DNA of 64,000 nt, taken from assembly GCA_028023455.1 (NCBI GenBank), contig JAQFVV010000003.1, forward strand, positions 22,630,001 through 22,694,000. Reading direction: 5' to 3'. Positions 25,901 through 38,900 of the stretch are shown here, piece after piece. The notes under the pieces are model-generated. The model saw nothing but the letters and a program-made list of their open reading frames with translations, had not been told where the DNA came from and ran no database searches. Source of the DNA: Epiperipatus broadwayi. Taxonomy: Eukaryota > Animalia > Onychophora. The position numbers and the translations under genes were made by a program. Numbering within the stretch: the stretch's first letter is position 1; each line of letters opens with the position of its first letter.

Positions 25901-26600
25901 TATTCGCTTCTGCTTTTCTTTAAAACTCTGTATATCCTTAACTAGGCACTCATACATGCTATTGTTCCATTCCATTATAGTTTGACTATCTCCAGTAGCT
26001 ATATAAACTATAGCCACCATCCATTCTTGTTTTCCCAACCTTATTTCAAACCACAAATGTTCTTGGCATTTAACAGTATTTAAATATTTTTTTGATACAA
26101 CACCTATACCACCACCCTTTTTTTCTTTCTCTTTTCTATTTATACCCTGCCATACCAAATCTTCCAAAACAGGTTCTTCTTCTTCTCTTAGATATGTTTC
26201 CACTACTGCTAATACCTCAAGCTCTTCATTTTCAATTGCTTTGTTTAATTCCTGCCACTTTTCACATCTCCTACCACCTTGCATATTCAAATACCCAATT
26301 ATAAAAAAGTAGTTAGGAAAGAAACCTAACTACTCTTTTATAAATTTTTTTTATTCTTTCTTCTCCATTATGCTTATAAAGAACTTGTTTACCGTTAATT
26401 TTACAGACCCATTCCCTCTCCACATCTACATTTATATCTAAATCAACTGCCCTTTGTTTAATCCTTACATCCCATCCATTCTTCTTCTTTTTAATAACAC
26501 TACAATTTAAAATCCCCCCCCCCCCTTTACAAGTTTCCCGAACAATATTCTTTATAAATCAGGCTCCCTAAAACTTCACTTCATAATCAACAATTTGAGA
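22918..26600 (-). mobile_element. Near full-length decayed two-ORF non-LTR retrotransposon, RTEX-like
   Basis: APE (25778-26290: LAVVETYL, VIGDMNGH), RT (24169-25525: NYRPIAVTS, MQGGFRSDR, FIDIEKAYD, GLRQGCPMSP, FFVDD; YSYLG at 23811-24278) and a C-terminal CxxC..H....C knuckle (CKLCKEGIENIRHLLLQC). An ORF1 remnant lies at 26300-26600, with a short ACATC-type tail. Several frameshifts. Clade assigned by resemblance only. Confidence 0.85.
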
Positions 26601-27399
26601 TAAAATGTGAATAAGTAATTTACTTATTGTGTATAATATACTTGAAGCAATACAAATTAAAAATATCAGAAACATAACTAAGCGATCTGCTACAGGCATC
26701 TGGATTTCCCTCCCCCAATAATATTCAACTATCAATAAAGATTACTCTATTGTAAAGGGATCACAACTATTGTCTGCTCTGATATATGTTAAAGATATGT
26801 GTGGACAGTATTTATGTATTGCAAATATAGTGGGATAATAAAAGTCACACTCTGCAAATATCAAATTCTTCTAATATTGTAATTAAATAATGCCTCCCAA
26901 ATAATTTAGAATCAGAATAACTAACTCATAACATATATTCCTGGATCAAAGCTCACCCCATGATTTCTGAAGCATAAACATAAAAGTTCATTGATTAACA
27001 AATTTTAATAATATTTAATTTTAAAATGTAAAACTTCATAAATTTTAAATAAAATAATCAAATGACTTCTCAGGGGTTTATAAAAAATTTGAATACTGAA
27101 AGTGACAGAGGTAAACTGTGCTCTGTGGACCTTGATCTCCAGAACCTACCACACTACCAGAATAAGTCATTTAAAATTTCTTTCTATTAAAAATAGATCA
27201 TAGTCAGACCTAAATTATCATTGAAGTGTGCATCTGAGTTTTGCATGAATCAAAACAATTATCTTTATAAAAATACCTTATAATTAAATTAAGGAAAGAT
27301 ATTACAAAAACAAAAAAATATTTATCTTCATCATCATAAACCATGGACTCAGCTTTCAGATATGTATAATGCCTTTTTTGCTAATTTTCTCTAGAAGAT

Positions 27400-27900
27400 C
27401 AAGAAAATGCAAATTAACATTATGTCATTCCTTGATGATATTTGCTCGTATTCTATGGGTCGTTTTCTTTTGTTGAGGCTTTTGTAATACCAAAAATTAG
27501 ATCTGATTATTGCTTGGCATATATGTCCAAATAATCACACCTTTTTCAATTGGAAACTTTTTGTATTTCAGACAATTCACAAAATTTTTTCTATAGCATG
27601 TTCTTTCAATTCCCGATTCTTCACAATGAATTTTTTTTAGCATTATTCATATGACACTAATGCACAATGTACTAAAAATTATGTGCATGTTCAATATATT
27701 TAATTTGGCTTATAGTCTGATGACTTTCCTCTTCCAAATCCTATTCATGACTTGAAGATCTTGCTTTGATTATTCTTAATTTTATTTCCTTTTGATAATC
27801 AGGATTGCTTGTGATATTATTTCCAAATTATACAAAACTTCATACATGTCCAATTCCATCATTTTTTATTTTTCTCCTCATTTTATCTTTGCCAAACACT
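27400..27900 (-). mobile_element. Possible decayed gag/ORF1-like sequence
   Basis: Lys/Glu-rich broken minus-strand frames with two zinc-knuckle-like remnants (GIGHVxSF; GCDYLDIYAKQ). Confidence 0.25.
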
Positions 27901-28200
27901 TACTGTCATTGTTTTAATTTTATTTATTTATAAACTATCTCTTTACTTTCTGATTTAAATGTACAGATTTCATTGCAACTTCAGATTCTTCAGTGATTAT
28001 TATCAGATTAATTTGAGAATTATTATAAAATTCACTATTTGTTACTATCACAATGACTAATTAAGTAAATTAATAGTCTGAGATATACTTCCCCCTCTCC
28101 TGAAGAATATAATGAGTTATAGTTAAGACAATACTTATCATTATTATCATTACATTACTAGAGTAAAATGGAGGATAGAGAAGGTTAAAAGAAGAGAATA

Positions 28201-28250
28201 AGATCTGATGAAGACTGCATGGTATAGTCAAAACTGTAATCAATAATAAA
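28201..28250 (+). ncRNA. Degenerate minimal hammerhead motif followed by AATAAA (family C, Penelope-type end)
   Basis: AGAT-CTGATGA-A-GACT-GCATGGTAT-AGTC-AAAA-CTGTA/ATC-AATAATAAA. Stem II GACT/AGTC and stem I GAT/ATC pair. GAAA to AAAA is consistent with CpG decay of GTCGAAAC. Confidence 0.6.
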
Positions 28251-29500
28251 AGTTTTTTTGCTGAAAAGTGAAAGTGTAAGATTTTTGAAATTTAATATAA
28301 TACGATTTGGTTGTAAGTTGAAATTTTTTGCTTTTTCAAATCCAAGCATTGATTTGTAGAAACTTTCTTGTTCTGGATATTTCTAATTTTATTTCATTTT
28401 GGCAGTCAAAATCATTAGTATTAATAGCTTCAAGCTATATAAAACTTTCTATATATTCTAGCTCTTTATACATGTTGCTTTGAAAAAAAAATTAGCAACA
28501 ACTTTCATCACATTTCAGCCTTCAATATAATAAAATTTATTAAATGATTTAAAAAATAAATAAATCCCAAAACTTCTTTGTTCTAGGTAAATTTCATTAA
28601 AATCTATATCCTATGAATAAAAATTATCTTAGAAATATTAAAAATTAAACAATTTTTTTTTAAAAAAAAAAAACAATAATAAAGTTATTGACAAAGACCA
28701 TTTTTGTCTGTCATCATATATATTTTGACAAGCTAATTTTCTCCTAAAAATCAAATATATTCAACCAAAAGTTATATGTAATCATAACATATTTGTAAAA
28801 CAATAAATATTTAATAATTTTATAATAATAAAAAACCTTTGTAAATAAATAAAATATATGCTTATTTTTCTGAAAACATCAGTGAAAAAGTGTGCAAATA
28901 CAAAAGGATATTTTCTCCTAAAGAGAAAGTAGCCTCTTTTTTTCCTTTATATACTGATTGTTGATGACATGTAGGCACAATAATTACAACTAAAATCTCA
29001 ACTGTTAAAGGATTTTCAATCATAAAACTCAATAAAAAATTAATTTTCATTAAAAACTTTTATTGTTAATGAGCTATATGGATTCTCGTTGTTGGATGAA
29101 AACTTATATTACAGTTTGCAGAGCCAAACAATTTTCATAAGTGTACACTTTGATTATAAAAACTCAAAACCTATTTTAAATTGCAAATGCATTATAATAA
29201 AATCATTTCGAGATTACATAATTGATAAATATTCTTAGAAACTATGCACTAAGTTATCATATGTTGTCAAGGCAACACTACAATAAGATAATATATGGAA
29301 TTGTTAATATTATATTAATTTATTTAAATACAAGCACTTGTAAAATTATTTATATATTCCTCAAAATATTATTTACATCTCTAATAATAAAGGGTTTGTT
29401 AATATTCATGATGTGTCAGATCAATAATAAACTATTTTAAAATGATAACAAATAATGGCAAACAATGAGGGAATAGTTGATAATGATAACTATTATCTAA

Positions 29501-29726
29501 TTAACTATATATCTTAAAACAGGCAAAACTAGTAGTGCCACTCAATGGATGCCAGAAGGCTTGTGCATAAAATCCCTATCTAGTGCCTACTCATCCAATA
29601 TCCCCAGATTCTGGTTGGCACTGAGTGGCACTACTGTATGGAGAGTTTTGTGTGTTTTAATAACAGTAATGTGCTAGCATAAGAAATAGTGATCATGTGA
29701 TGTTTAGTAGTTTAACTATATATCTT
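29501..29726. mobile_element. TSD-flanked insertion made of two inverted pieces of the family A repeat
   Basis: 15-bp direct repeats TTAACTATATATCTT at 29501-29515 and 29712-29726. The internal arms match 40449-40565 directly and 40400-40500 in reverse complement. Confidence 0.85.
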
Positions 29727-30408
29727 CAGACAAAAAATCCACTGCAGTTTTGAAAACTATTAGTTATAGAATAAAGAAGTTTAAAAAAAAAAAGAGCTGC
29801 AAATATTAAAAAATGAAATATTAAATAAAAAATTACATATTATTAAATATTTACATTTTTTTTACATAAAAAAAGGAAGAAAAAAAATTTTTTTTTCTTT
29901 CAACTCTTTAGAAAACCCTTTTAAAAGAAGAATGTTGAAAATAGTCACTATTTAAAATTACATTATTTTTTTAAATATTTACTTTTCCTTTATAGAAAAA
30001 TGAAATACAAATAATTTTTTTTATATATATATACAAAAAAACTTTGGGAATGATTGGGCCTCTTTAAGAAAAAAAATGTAATTTTATTTAATATGTTATG
30101 TGTATATATTTGTTTGAAGTAAAATATTGGCTACTGCATCAGTAATGATGGTCATCTAACAAAATACTTAAAAATACAAATCTTAAAATATGTTTGCAAT
30201 TAAAAATTGCCAGTTATATAAGAACATAGGGGAAATACTAGAAATTATTAAAAGGACAGAGACTATATCTAATCATATCTTGGTTTCATATAAAATTGCT
30301 ATTACAAAGTATTTTTCATAAATAATCTACTTTAATGTTGCAAGAAAGAGACAAAACATTGCAATTTATTATTGTTGCTTTACAATTTATGATGAAACTT
30401 TGAATCTC

Positions 30409-30502
30409 AACTGTTTGTTCATAAAAAGGATGCTTTAGTGTCAAATTAACTTCTAAACTGTTTGTTCATAAAAAGGATGCTTTAGTGTCAAATTAAATTC
30501 TA
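30409..30502. repeat. 47-bp tandem duplication
   Basis: AACTGTTTGTTCATAAAAAGGATGCTTTAGTGTCAAATTAA(C/A)TTCTA twice, with one mismatch. Confidence 0.92.
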
Positions 30503-30676
30503 ACATCAGTATCTTTATTAGCAATGAAGTCAATTACAGGTTAGGCAAGATTTGTTTTCAAAATGAATGATTTCTTCTTGGAGAAAAGATCAAGATTTTT
30601 TTTTAAAATCTGTGAATGATAATGAATTAAAAACAAGATATCCATGAATATACTCAATTGAATCTCAAAGACTCAC

Positions 30677-30737
30677 AATATTTAAAGTTTCTCGCTCAGG
30701 TGAAATATTATCAAGTGGATCAACATGTAATTTATTA
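30677..30737 (-). CDS. Candidate internal exon of an unidentified gene
   Basis: TTTTCAAG acceptor and strong GTGAGT donor. Only one open frame: NKLHVDPLDNISPERETLNI. Confidence 0.25.
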
Positions 30738-31094
30738 CTTGAAAAGATCATCAATTATATAAATATATATATATATCACATAATTCATTTTTATAATTAC
30801 TGTTCTCCAGTTCATTCTGTTATTTTATATAATGACTAACAATTGTGAGTTAATAGCAGTGATCAAATATATCAAACTCCAGGAATTCAGTATTTTTCTG
30901 TGAAATATATAGGAGTATACAGTTTATATCACCACATCAAAAATATGAGACTCTCTTCCTTTAATCATAATAGTGATATGTACATCATCAATTATTACTT
31001 TATGTAAGAAATATATGACTAACTTATCTTCTGCTATTTTAATGCTAGACTTATCACATAGAGTATATCAGAAACTATTTGATGTAGCATAAAC

Positions 31095-31616
31095 AAGAAG
31101 AAGAAGAAGAGGAAGAAGAAGAGGAGGAGGAGGAGGAGGAGGCGGAGGAGGAGGAGGAGGAAGAAGAAGGAGAAGGAGAAGGAGAAGAAGAAGAAGAAGA
31201 AGAAGAAGAAGAAGAAGAAGAAGAAGAAGAAGAAGAAGAAGAAGAAGAAGAAGAAGAAGAAGAAGAAGAAGAAGAAGAAGAAGAAGAAGAAGAAGAAGAA
31301 GAAGAAGAAGAAGAAGAAGAAGAAGAAGAAGAAGAAGAAGAAGAAGAAGAAGAAGAAGAAGAAGAAGAAGAAGAAGAAGAAGAAGAAGAAGAAGAAGAAG
31401 AAGAAGAAGAAGAAGAAGAAGAAGAAGAAGAAGAAGAAGAAGAAGAAGAAGAAGAAGAAGAAGAAGAAGAAGAAGAAAGAAGAAGAAGAAGAAGAAGAAG
31501 AAGAAGAAGAAGAAGAAGAAGAAGAAGAAGAAGAAGAAGAAGAAGAAGAAGAAGAAGAAGAAGAAGAAGAAGAAGAAGAAGAAGAAGAAGAAGAAGAAGA
31601 AGAAGAAGAAGAAGAA
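31095..31616. repeat. (GAA)n microsatellite, about 520 bp, with a GAG/GGA-degenerate 5' part
   Basis: Direct reading; a single extra A near 31477. Confidence 0.98.
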
Positions 31617-31655
31617 TTAAAAAATACTCCATAATGAATGTGAACAATTTGTACA

Positions 31656-31953
<298 letters not shown>

Positions 31954-34900
31954 TGACTGGAAGTACTTCAATTGCAATAAAAAATAAAAAATCAGTGAAA
32001 ATTATTATTTAATTAATTTATTCTTATAATAGGAATTGCTAAAACTTAAATTAATCTGTATTATTTTATTAATAGTTGTGCATAACTATAATAGCATTTA
32101 ATACAGAAACACAGGAAATCATAGTAAAAGTAATTTGCATGTTCTGTCTACTATACTCATAATCTTGATTCAAATCAGACTGTGTGAAGTTTTGTAATTT
32201 TTCAGGTCACAAGAAAATTTGAGGATTTTTCTTTGATGTAATCGGTTTATAATTAATCCATTTTCTATCCACTATTAATTAGTAAATGCAAATCTAGCTA
32301 TTACTAGAAAGAAAGTCTGAGTACAAATTAAAGTGAATTAACTAACTGAGCATTAATAAATTTACTGTACAAATACAATTGTAATATAATATGGCTTTCA
32401 TCAATAATGAAGATATCAGTACTGTAGGCAATGAATTCATTTTACATCTATTCTTGTTACTCAAATAACATACGCAAATGGTCTTAAATTCTCAATAGCT
32501 TAAGTTTAAAAATTAAAATAGTAGAAATAATAATCTAAAATATATTTTGTTTGAAATATTGTCAATGTGATGATTACACCATCCCCTCAAAGCTCTATTA
32601 CTGAAATATATATGTAAATTTGTAGTAATTAAAGCTAATACTTATCAAATAAAATCAATAATCAATAAAACAATACAGACATTATTTGTTGACATGAATA
32701 TTGGGGAATTAAAGAAAATATAATAATTTTCAAATAAAAATTTTATTTTCTAAATCAAATGAGATCTAATTGAATCTAATAAAATGATTTTTTAAAAATG
32801 CAATATTAAGTAAATTATATAAAAAATTTAATGTTAGAAAGCAATTTGAAAAAGACTTTAATAATCTACAAAACTGAATTCTATTTTTCATCATTAATTT
32901 CTTTTATCAAGAAAAATGAAATATAAATCATTTACTAATAAAATTATTAATCTTAAATCATTTATAAAAAAATTAATATAATATTTTACACAAAATATTT
33001 ATAAAAATGCTCCATTGTGAATAAAAAGCATACTTTGATTTTAAATTATATACACCCCACTGATGGACAAATGATAATAATTAATAATCAAGCATAAAAG
33101 GATTTATTGATAATTAAGAATGATCTTCAAATATTATAAAGTCTATTCAATGATGTTAAGTAACAACATTGTTATGGACAATTAATATTGCTGGAAAGGA
33201 AAAAAACAATATGAGTGTATGATTTATTTGTTATTGGAGTTACTACTCACATACCAATGGAAAAGAAAAGCCAATTGATGATTTTAATATTTTTTTTTTA
33301 TAAAAATAAAAACAAACAAACATACAAAAAAACATGAAAATAATCACAGTGATTTGATCTGGAGAACTCTTTTTTTTTTTCTTGCATTCTAGTGTGGAAT
33401 TGTCAGCCCTTTGAACATCAGTGGCCAAAACAAGTAAAATTATGACTTCACACATTAATACCAAAGCATGGTCACCAATTTCTGAAAAATCTTTAAAGTA
33501 TCTGAAAATAGACTGGATCATAAAACCATTTGATTTCATTACTAATTTTGTAAATAAATTTTTGTTTATCATTAATTAAAATATTATAATAAAGTTGAAA
33601 ACTCCAAAAATATTCATTTACTTCTGGTCATTTCACAATACATATAATGATTAAATATATCTTATAAGGTGGCATGATTAACCATGTAATATCAATGATT
33701 TGTTTGAAAGAGTTTCCTTTTTTGAATAATTTTATTATCAGCAATTTTCTAAAATTCTGTTATTAAAAAAAAGATCTGAATCAAGTTCTACTTTTCATAA
33801 GCAGGACACCTAGCATCACTAGTTTCTTGAAATATTTCTCAGCAAAACAAAGTGACAAAAAAATAGGTTTTTGATTGATTGAATGATTCTGCAATTTGTA
33901 TTACTCAATATCACACAAACACTTGCTTAACTAATCATATGTTTTATTTTACCATCAATCCTGCCTTTCTTTGTATAATTTAATTTAAATTCTCTGTATG
34001 GGATAAACAGCAGAACACCAAGCTCTTTATCAAAATCTATACAATTTATAAATGTTAGAAATGTTTTACTACAGAACCTGACATTTAAAAGTGAGACTTA
34101 AAATAGCAAGCTAAGTTTACAATGAGGTAGGTCACATGTCAGTATAAACTTCTGGAAATATTTAAGTTTTTTTACTGAGCTTAAATAAAATTATTTCTTA
34201 TTCTTTGTGTGATTTTTCAAAAGGAATTAGCAACTATTACTAAAGACACATTTTTCTGATTTAAAATAATGCAATTACTAATCTCTAATATTGTGAGAGC
34301 TGATTTACTTACTTTAACATTGTAATCTTCTCAATGTATTAAAACTTTGTGTGTGTGAATATATTTCACCAAATGAGAATCACCGAGTAAATAAAATTAA
34401 AAAATCACTCCAGAAAAAATTACAAAATGTAAAATTAAACTTTTCCTTGTATCTTCCTTAATTTAAAAATATGCATTTTGTGTAGCTCTGTATCATGTTT
34501 TATATGTTTTTAAAATAAAAAGTAATATATATAATACGAGTAGAGAATTAATGTGTTGTATATGCTACACTGTTTCTGTCAAAAAATTGACAAAATTCAT
34601 ACTTTGGTTTATACACAATTTGTAAAAAATAATTGTACTACTATTTTTATAATTTCCGATTTAATAATAAATGATGTGAAGTAATATCCAAGTTCTATCC
34701 ATTTAAAAAAAAAAATTAAATTGTTTAAAAAAAATACATCTTTAAATATATATTTAATTGAAGCTGCTATATAACCTATAGAAAAAAAGTCAATCTGAAA
34801 GATAATATTTATTTAATTAAAATTTCATTAATTATTATTATATCACAATTTCATGACAAAAATTAGCTTAGGAGAAACTTTAAATTGAGTTCTTTATTCT

Positions 34901-35779
34901 TTTGCAAACTTATTCCAAAATATATAAAAATGAAATTAATCAATAATTATATTTTATTGAATACATAATATTTAATCACTTTTCGTCTTTATTAGTACTT
35001 TTTTTCATTAACTTTTTGAAAGATTAATATTTTTGTTATTTAATTGTTGATTTTAATAAATAAATAAATTTAAATTAATAAAAGTTTTGCTTCTAATAAT
35101 AAACCAGTGATCTATTTTTACATAATTATTCGATTTTATAGAAAATAAAAATTGTAGTTAATGTTAAGACATCTGACAATGAAATTATTTATTAAATGAT
35201 GGTATTTATTTTAAGTGGAGACAAGTTCAAAATCAATCTGTAGTAATATTGGCATGTATTCCAAAGATTCAAACATATTTTGGAGATACAAGTTGTGATA
35301 TATGACACATAACTCAGACTATTGAAAAAATCTCTATTAAAATTGTGGTGAAAAAAGACTGATGACATATATATATATCTTTGAATTTGTTCTTATATTT
35401 GTGAATCTTTATACATAAGCATTTTTCACTAAAAAAAATGTTGTGACTTCTAACTGTCAGACAAATATTTTTTAATAAAATGCTGGCAACTGTAATCTTT
35501 ATAATCATAAATATTTTCTTTTTCAAAATTAACTACAAAACAACCGAAATCAATTCTCAACTTTATTGGGGGAGGGGGCTCAAATGACCCCAGAAGATCT
35601 GAAATCAACCAGAGACAAAAGTTTTCAGCTAGAGCTGATTGTTCTCCTAAGTGAATTGAAAGATTCCTATTCAACTTTTCCTAGTCTTGGAAATTAGTGA
35701 TTGGAAGTATGATGCTTCAGACCCTGCATACATGATAGAGGGAGCCTCCAATTTAAAAAAGAAAAATGGAATTTCTGCT

Positions 35780-38700
35780 TAAGTCTCCGTGTGTCAGTGA
35801 TAAATATAATGATTCTAAAAATTGTAGGGGTTAATTTAAGAGGATTAAATTCATTAGACCCGATATGTACAATCAGAAATTGGATAAACAGCAAAGCACC
35901 TCCCATTTTCTTAATGAGTGAGACCAAATTTTATCAGGGCTCAGACAATAAAATAACAGAGATGCTGGGTCAACTGTAAAACTTTCTGTAGCACCGACAG
36001 CATCAGATGGGTTGGTAGTTTTAATTAATAAGAATATCCTCCCCATGACTTTAAAATTCTATTCATGGATGGCCACATTATAATAAATCTCAACTACAGT
36101 GGATTCTTCTTCAACATAATTTATATTTAAACTCAGAACTCAATCACAACATTTCATAGATTAATACACATCATTAACATGACCCCTGCTTCAAATTCGT
36201 CACCTTCATTATTGCTTGGCGATTTCAATGTAACATATGGGACATTAACAAAAAGTACCTACACCTATAACACAGGAAACTGATGAGGAGGGACAGCTTC
36301 TTTCCCCCAGGATCATATTCATTTTATACTCATAGATACAGCTCATTCATTGACTTGTTATTCTATTCACCTGAAATCCACTTCCTATTGGATGCGGCCC
36401 TGGAGCCGGTGATCTTCTTTGACCACATGGCTTTGGTGTTTGGCATCCATAAATGGGGTGGATCCATTGCTGGAGAGAGCTACAACAAAACCATTAAAAT
36501 GATCACTAGATTGAACATGACCAAGGCCATCATATCAGAGGCCTACCTTTATTTTTAAAAAAATAGACATTTTAAATATCACAGTGGAGAAGGCCTGGTT
36601 CTTGTTCATCAGAATCATTTATTGCTCACCACTCATGAAGGATCAAGGGTCCAATCAGTCTCTTCAGAGAGATGGAATCAATAGATAACTGATTGAAAAC
36701 ATTAAAGTCTATAAGGCCAAACAAAAATCATTGGCAGAAAATATATATATATATATCAAGAGATCGGAGGTCTACCTGGTATCACTGAACTGCTGGACCA
36801 AGAAATATCATAGATGGGTAATTGGGGCAGAAAGAAAGCAGTGATAATGACAGATGGGAAAACATTCATTGGGCCAGCTATACTAGACAAAATCTTGGAA
36901 CACACTAGAAGGAACTTGCAGAAAGGTGATGCAGGTGTAAACATTTGCACGGAATGTTCATGGAGACCGGATAGATCATGGGATTACAGATGAGATGCTA
37001 AAAAGCAAGTTGGTATCTCTCCCTGACCAGATACATATCGGGTTTCATGGAATTCCCCGGTTTCTCATCATGCATCTGAATCAATTTGTTGTTCCAATTA
37101 TATTCAATATGGTAAACCACCTGGCAGATGAATGCTAAGACATTTCAAGAAGCCGAAGTCTGAGCCTATTTCAATGACTCCTTTATTAATTAAAATCATA
37201 GAATCAGTAATCAAAGATAATATTCAAGGTAAAATTCTACCCTCAATATCCCAATCACAATACACCAAAAAGCATCTCTGCAGTCTGAACCAACATCCTT
37301 TTAAAGATTCTGAATGAGTACATCCCCAAAACACTTCCATTCAGGTAATAGGCAACCTACTAAGGAAGTGGGAGATATTCATTACATTGAATGGTAGATT
37401 AACTTCTGATTTCAAACCTTCCCATTTCATACCTCAGGGATCCCCCTGAACATCCTATGCTTTATAGCCTACATAGAGAGGAGACTCTCTGGCATCTACA
37501 TCCCTTGTATCAGAAAGGAAGTTAAGTGTTTCACCTTTATAGATGATATAATGGTAGTATTGCCATTGGCCAAATATTTTAAACCTACATGAAATCCATT
37601 TTAGACAATTATACATCAAAACACGGTTTAGAGATCAATATTCTTAAGTCTGCGGTTTGGAAAATTGCCACAGGCAAGAAAATTTCCATCAAAATTTACT
37701 GCCAAATCTCAGAAATTTCTGGGGTTCCCTATTTACAGATCACCAACAGCCATGACTAAACAAATCCAAGACTCAATTCTGGAATCCACAAAGAGAATCA
37801 CCAAATCATTAAACAAAGTCTACCTCTCACTTCAGGGAAAGATAGCTCTGCTGAATACGAAAATTTTCACCAAAATAACTTATTTCCTCCCCATAATTAA
37901 ATTAACTAGATCATTTGAAAATAAAATAAATTCTATCTGTTCAAAGCTTCTCTGGGGTTGGAAGGTCATCGCCATAAGCTTAAAAAAAGATGAAGTGGCC
38001 TCGCAAGCTTAATGGCATGGCTCTTCATTCATTATCAACTTTCTATATCCAGAGGGCACATAACTTTATTCACAGTTTGGCACTATCTTTTGATTGTGAG
38101 AAAATCACAAGACTTGTTCCTCCCACAAATCGTCCTCCACCAACTAAGCAGTATTGGTTCTCAATGCTGGTTAATTCCCTGAGAAAGCTAACACATCTGA
38201 GTAAATTATCATTTGATCAGTATGGAAACATATCACCTGATTAACCCAGAATTACAAATTATTCATAGCAAATTGAACATAACAAATCAAAAGTTGATAT
38301 TGAATTCTAGGTTTGGGGGCCTTGAGCCCAAATATCTGAACTTTACTATCAAATATAATGTGGATTCGTTGCTCACAAAGTGGTTTCTAGTGTATAAAAG
38401 AGGTTTCACTAAGCTTGAACCAACTTGCCAATTGTGTAAACATAGTGAAGAAACTATAGATCATCTAATTAACAATTGCATCAGACTAACAAAAATAAGG
38501 AAAATAATCGGTGATCACTCAAAAAATTGGTCTACATGCAATCACCTCCATTGAAGACTGTGTAAAGTCCAGGACTTACTTCAAGGATTGGAATTTCAAT
38601 ATTTATAGTATACACAATGTGGGCTGCTTACTGTAAACTAGTCTTCGGGTATTAGAACAAGAAGAGGAGCTCTTCTTTCTCAGGACAATATATAAAATCA

Positions 38701-38900
38701 AAACAAAAGATGACCTTTGATCCTCCACTTGGTCCCTTTTCAACATTCCCAATTTAGACTAATCAATAGCAGACAAAGCGATATCACAGCTCAAATGTTC
38801 ATAACTCATTATCAATGTCTGTAAATTTCTTTTTCTTTTCTTGCTTTTTTTCAATGTTGATTAACACAACTCTACTGTATTACTGGGTTTTTTTAATAAT
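35780..38900 (+). mobile_element. Decayed L1/Tx1-like LINE ORF2 (APE, RT, zinc knuckle)
   Basis: LKIVGVNLRGLN...FLMSETK, LLGDFNV, FTFxDDIM-like RT remnant, LSLQGKIALLNTKIFTKITYFL, TCQLCKHSEETIDHLINNC. Many frameshifts. An ORF1 remnant may extend back to about 35450. Confidence 0.85.

Noticed and set aside
23866-26304. Plus-strand ORFs (23866, 24097, 25661, 26092) and similar ORFs at 60243-62244
   Set aside because: Antisense shadows of minus-strand LINE coding sequence.
29531-29636. CAGTAGTGCCA-type inverted ends suggesting a hAT MITE
   Set aside because: The inversion extends beyond these words, there is no 8-bp TSD, and the real boundaries are 15-bp TSDs further out.
32391-32410. 17-nt match ATGGCTTTCATCAATAA to the 19.27 kb hammerhead
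   Set aside because: The flanks do not align, so it cannot be distinguished from chance.
33243-33572. 109-aa ORF with two hydrophobic stretches
   Set aside because: Hydrophobicity comes from T-rich runs; no homology recognised.
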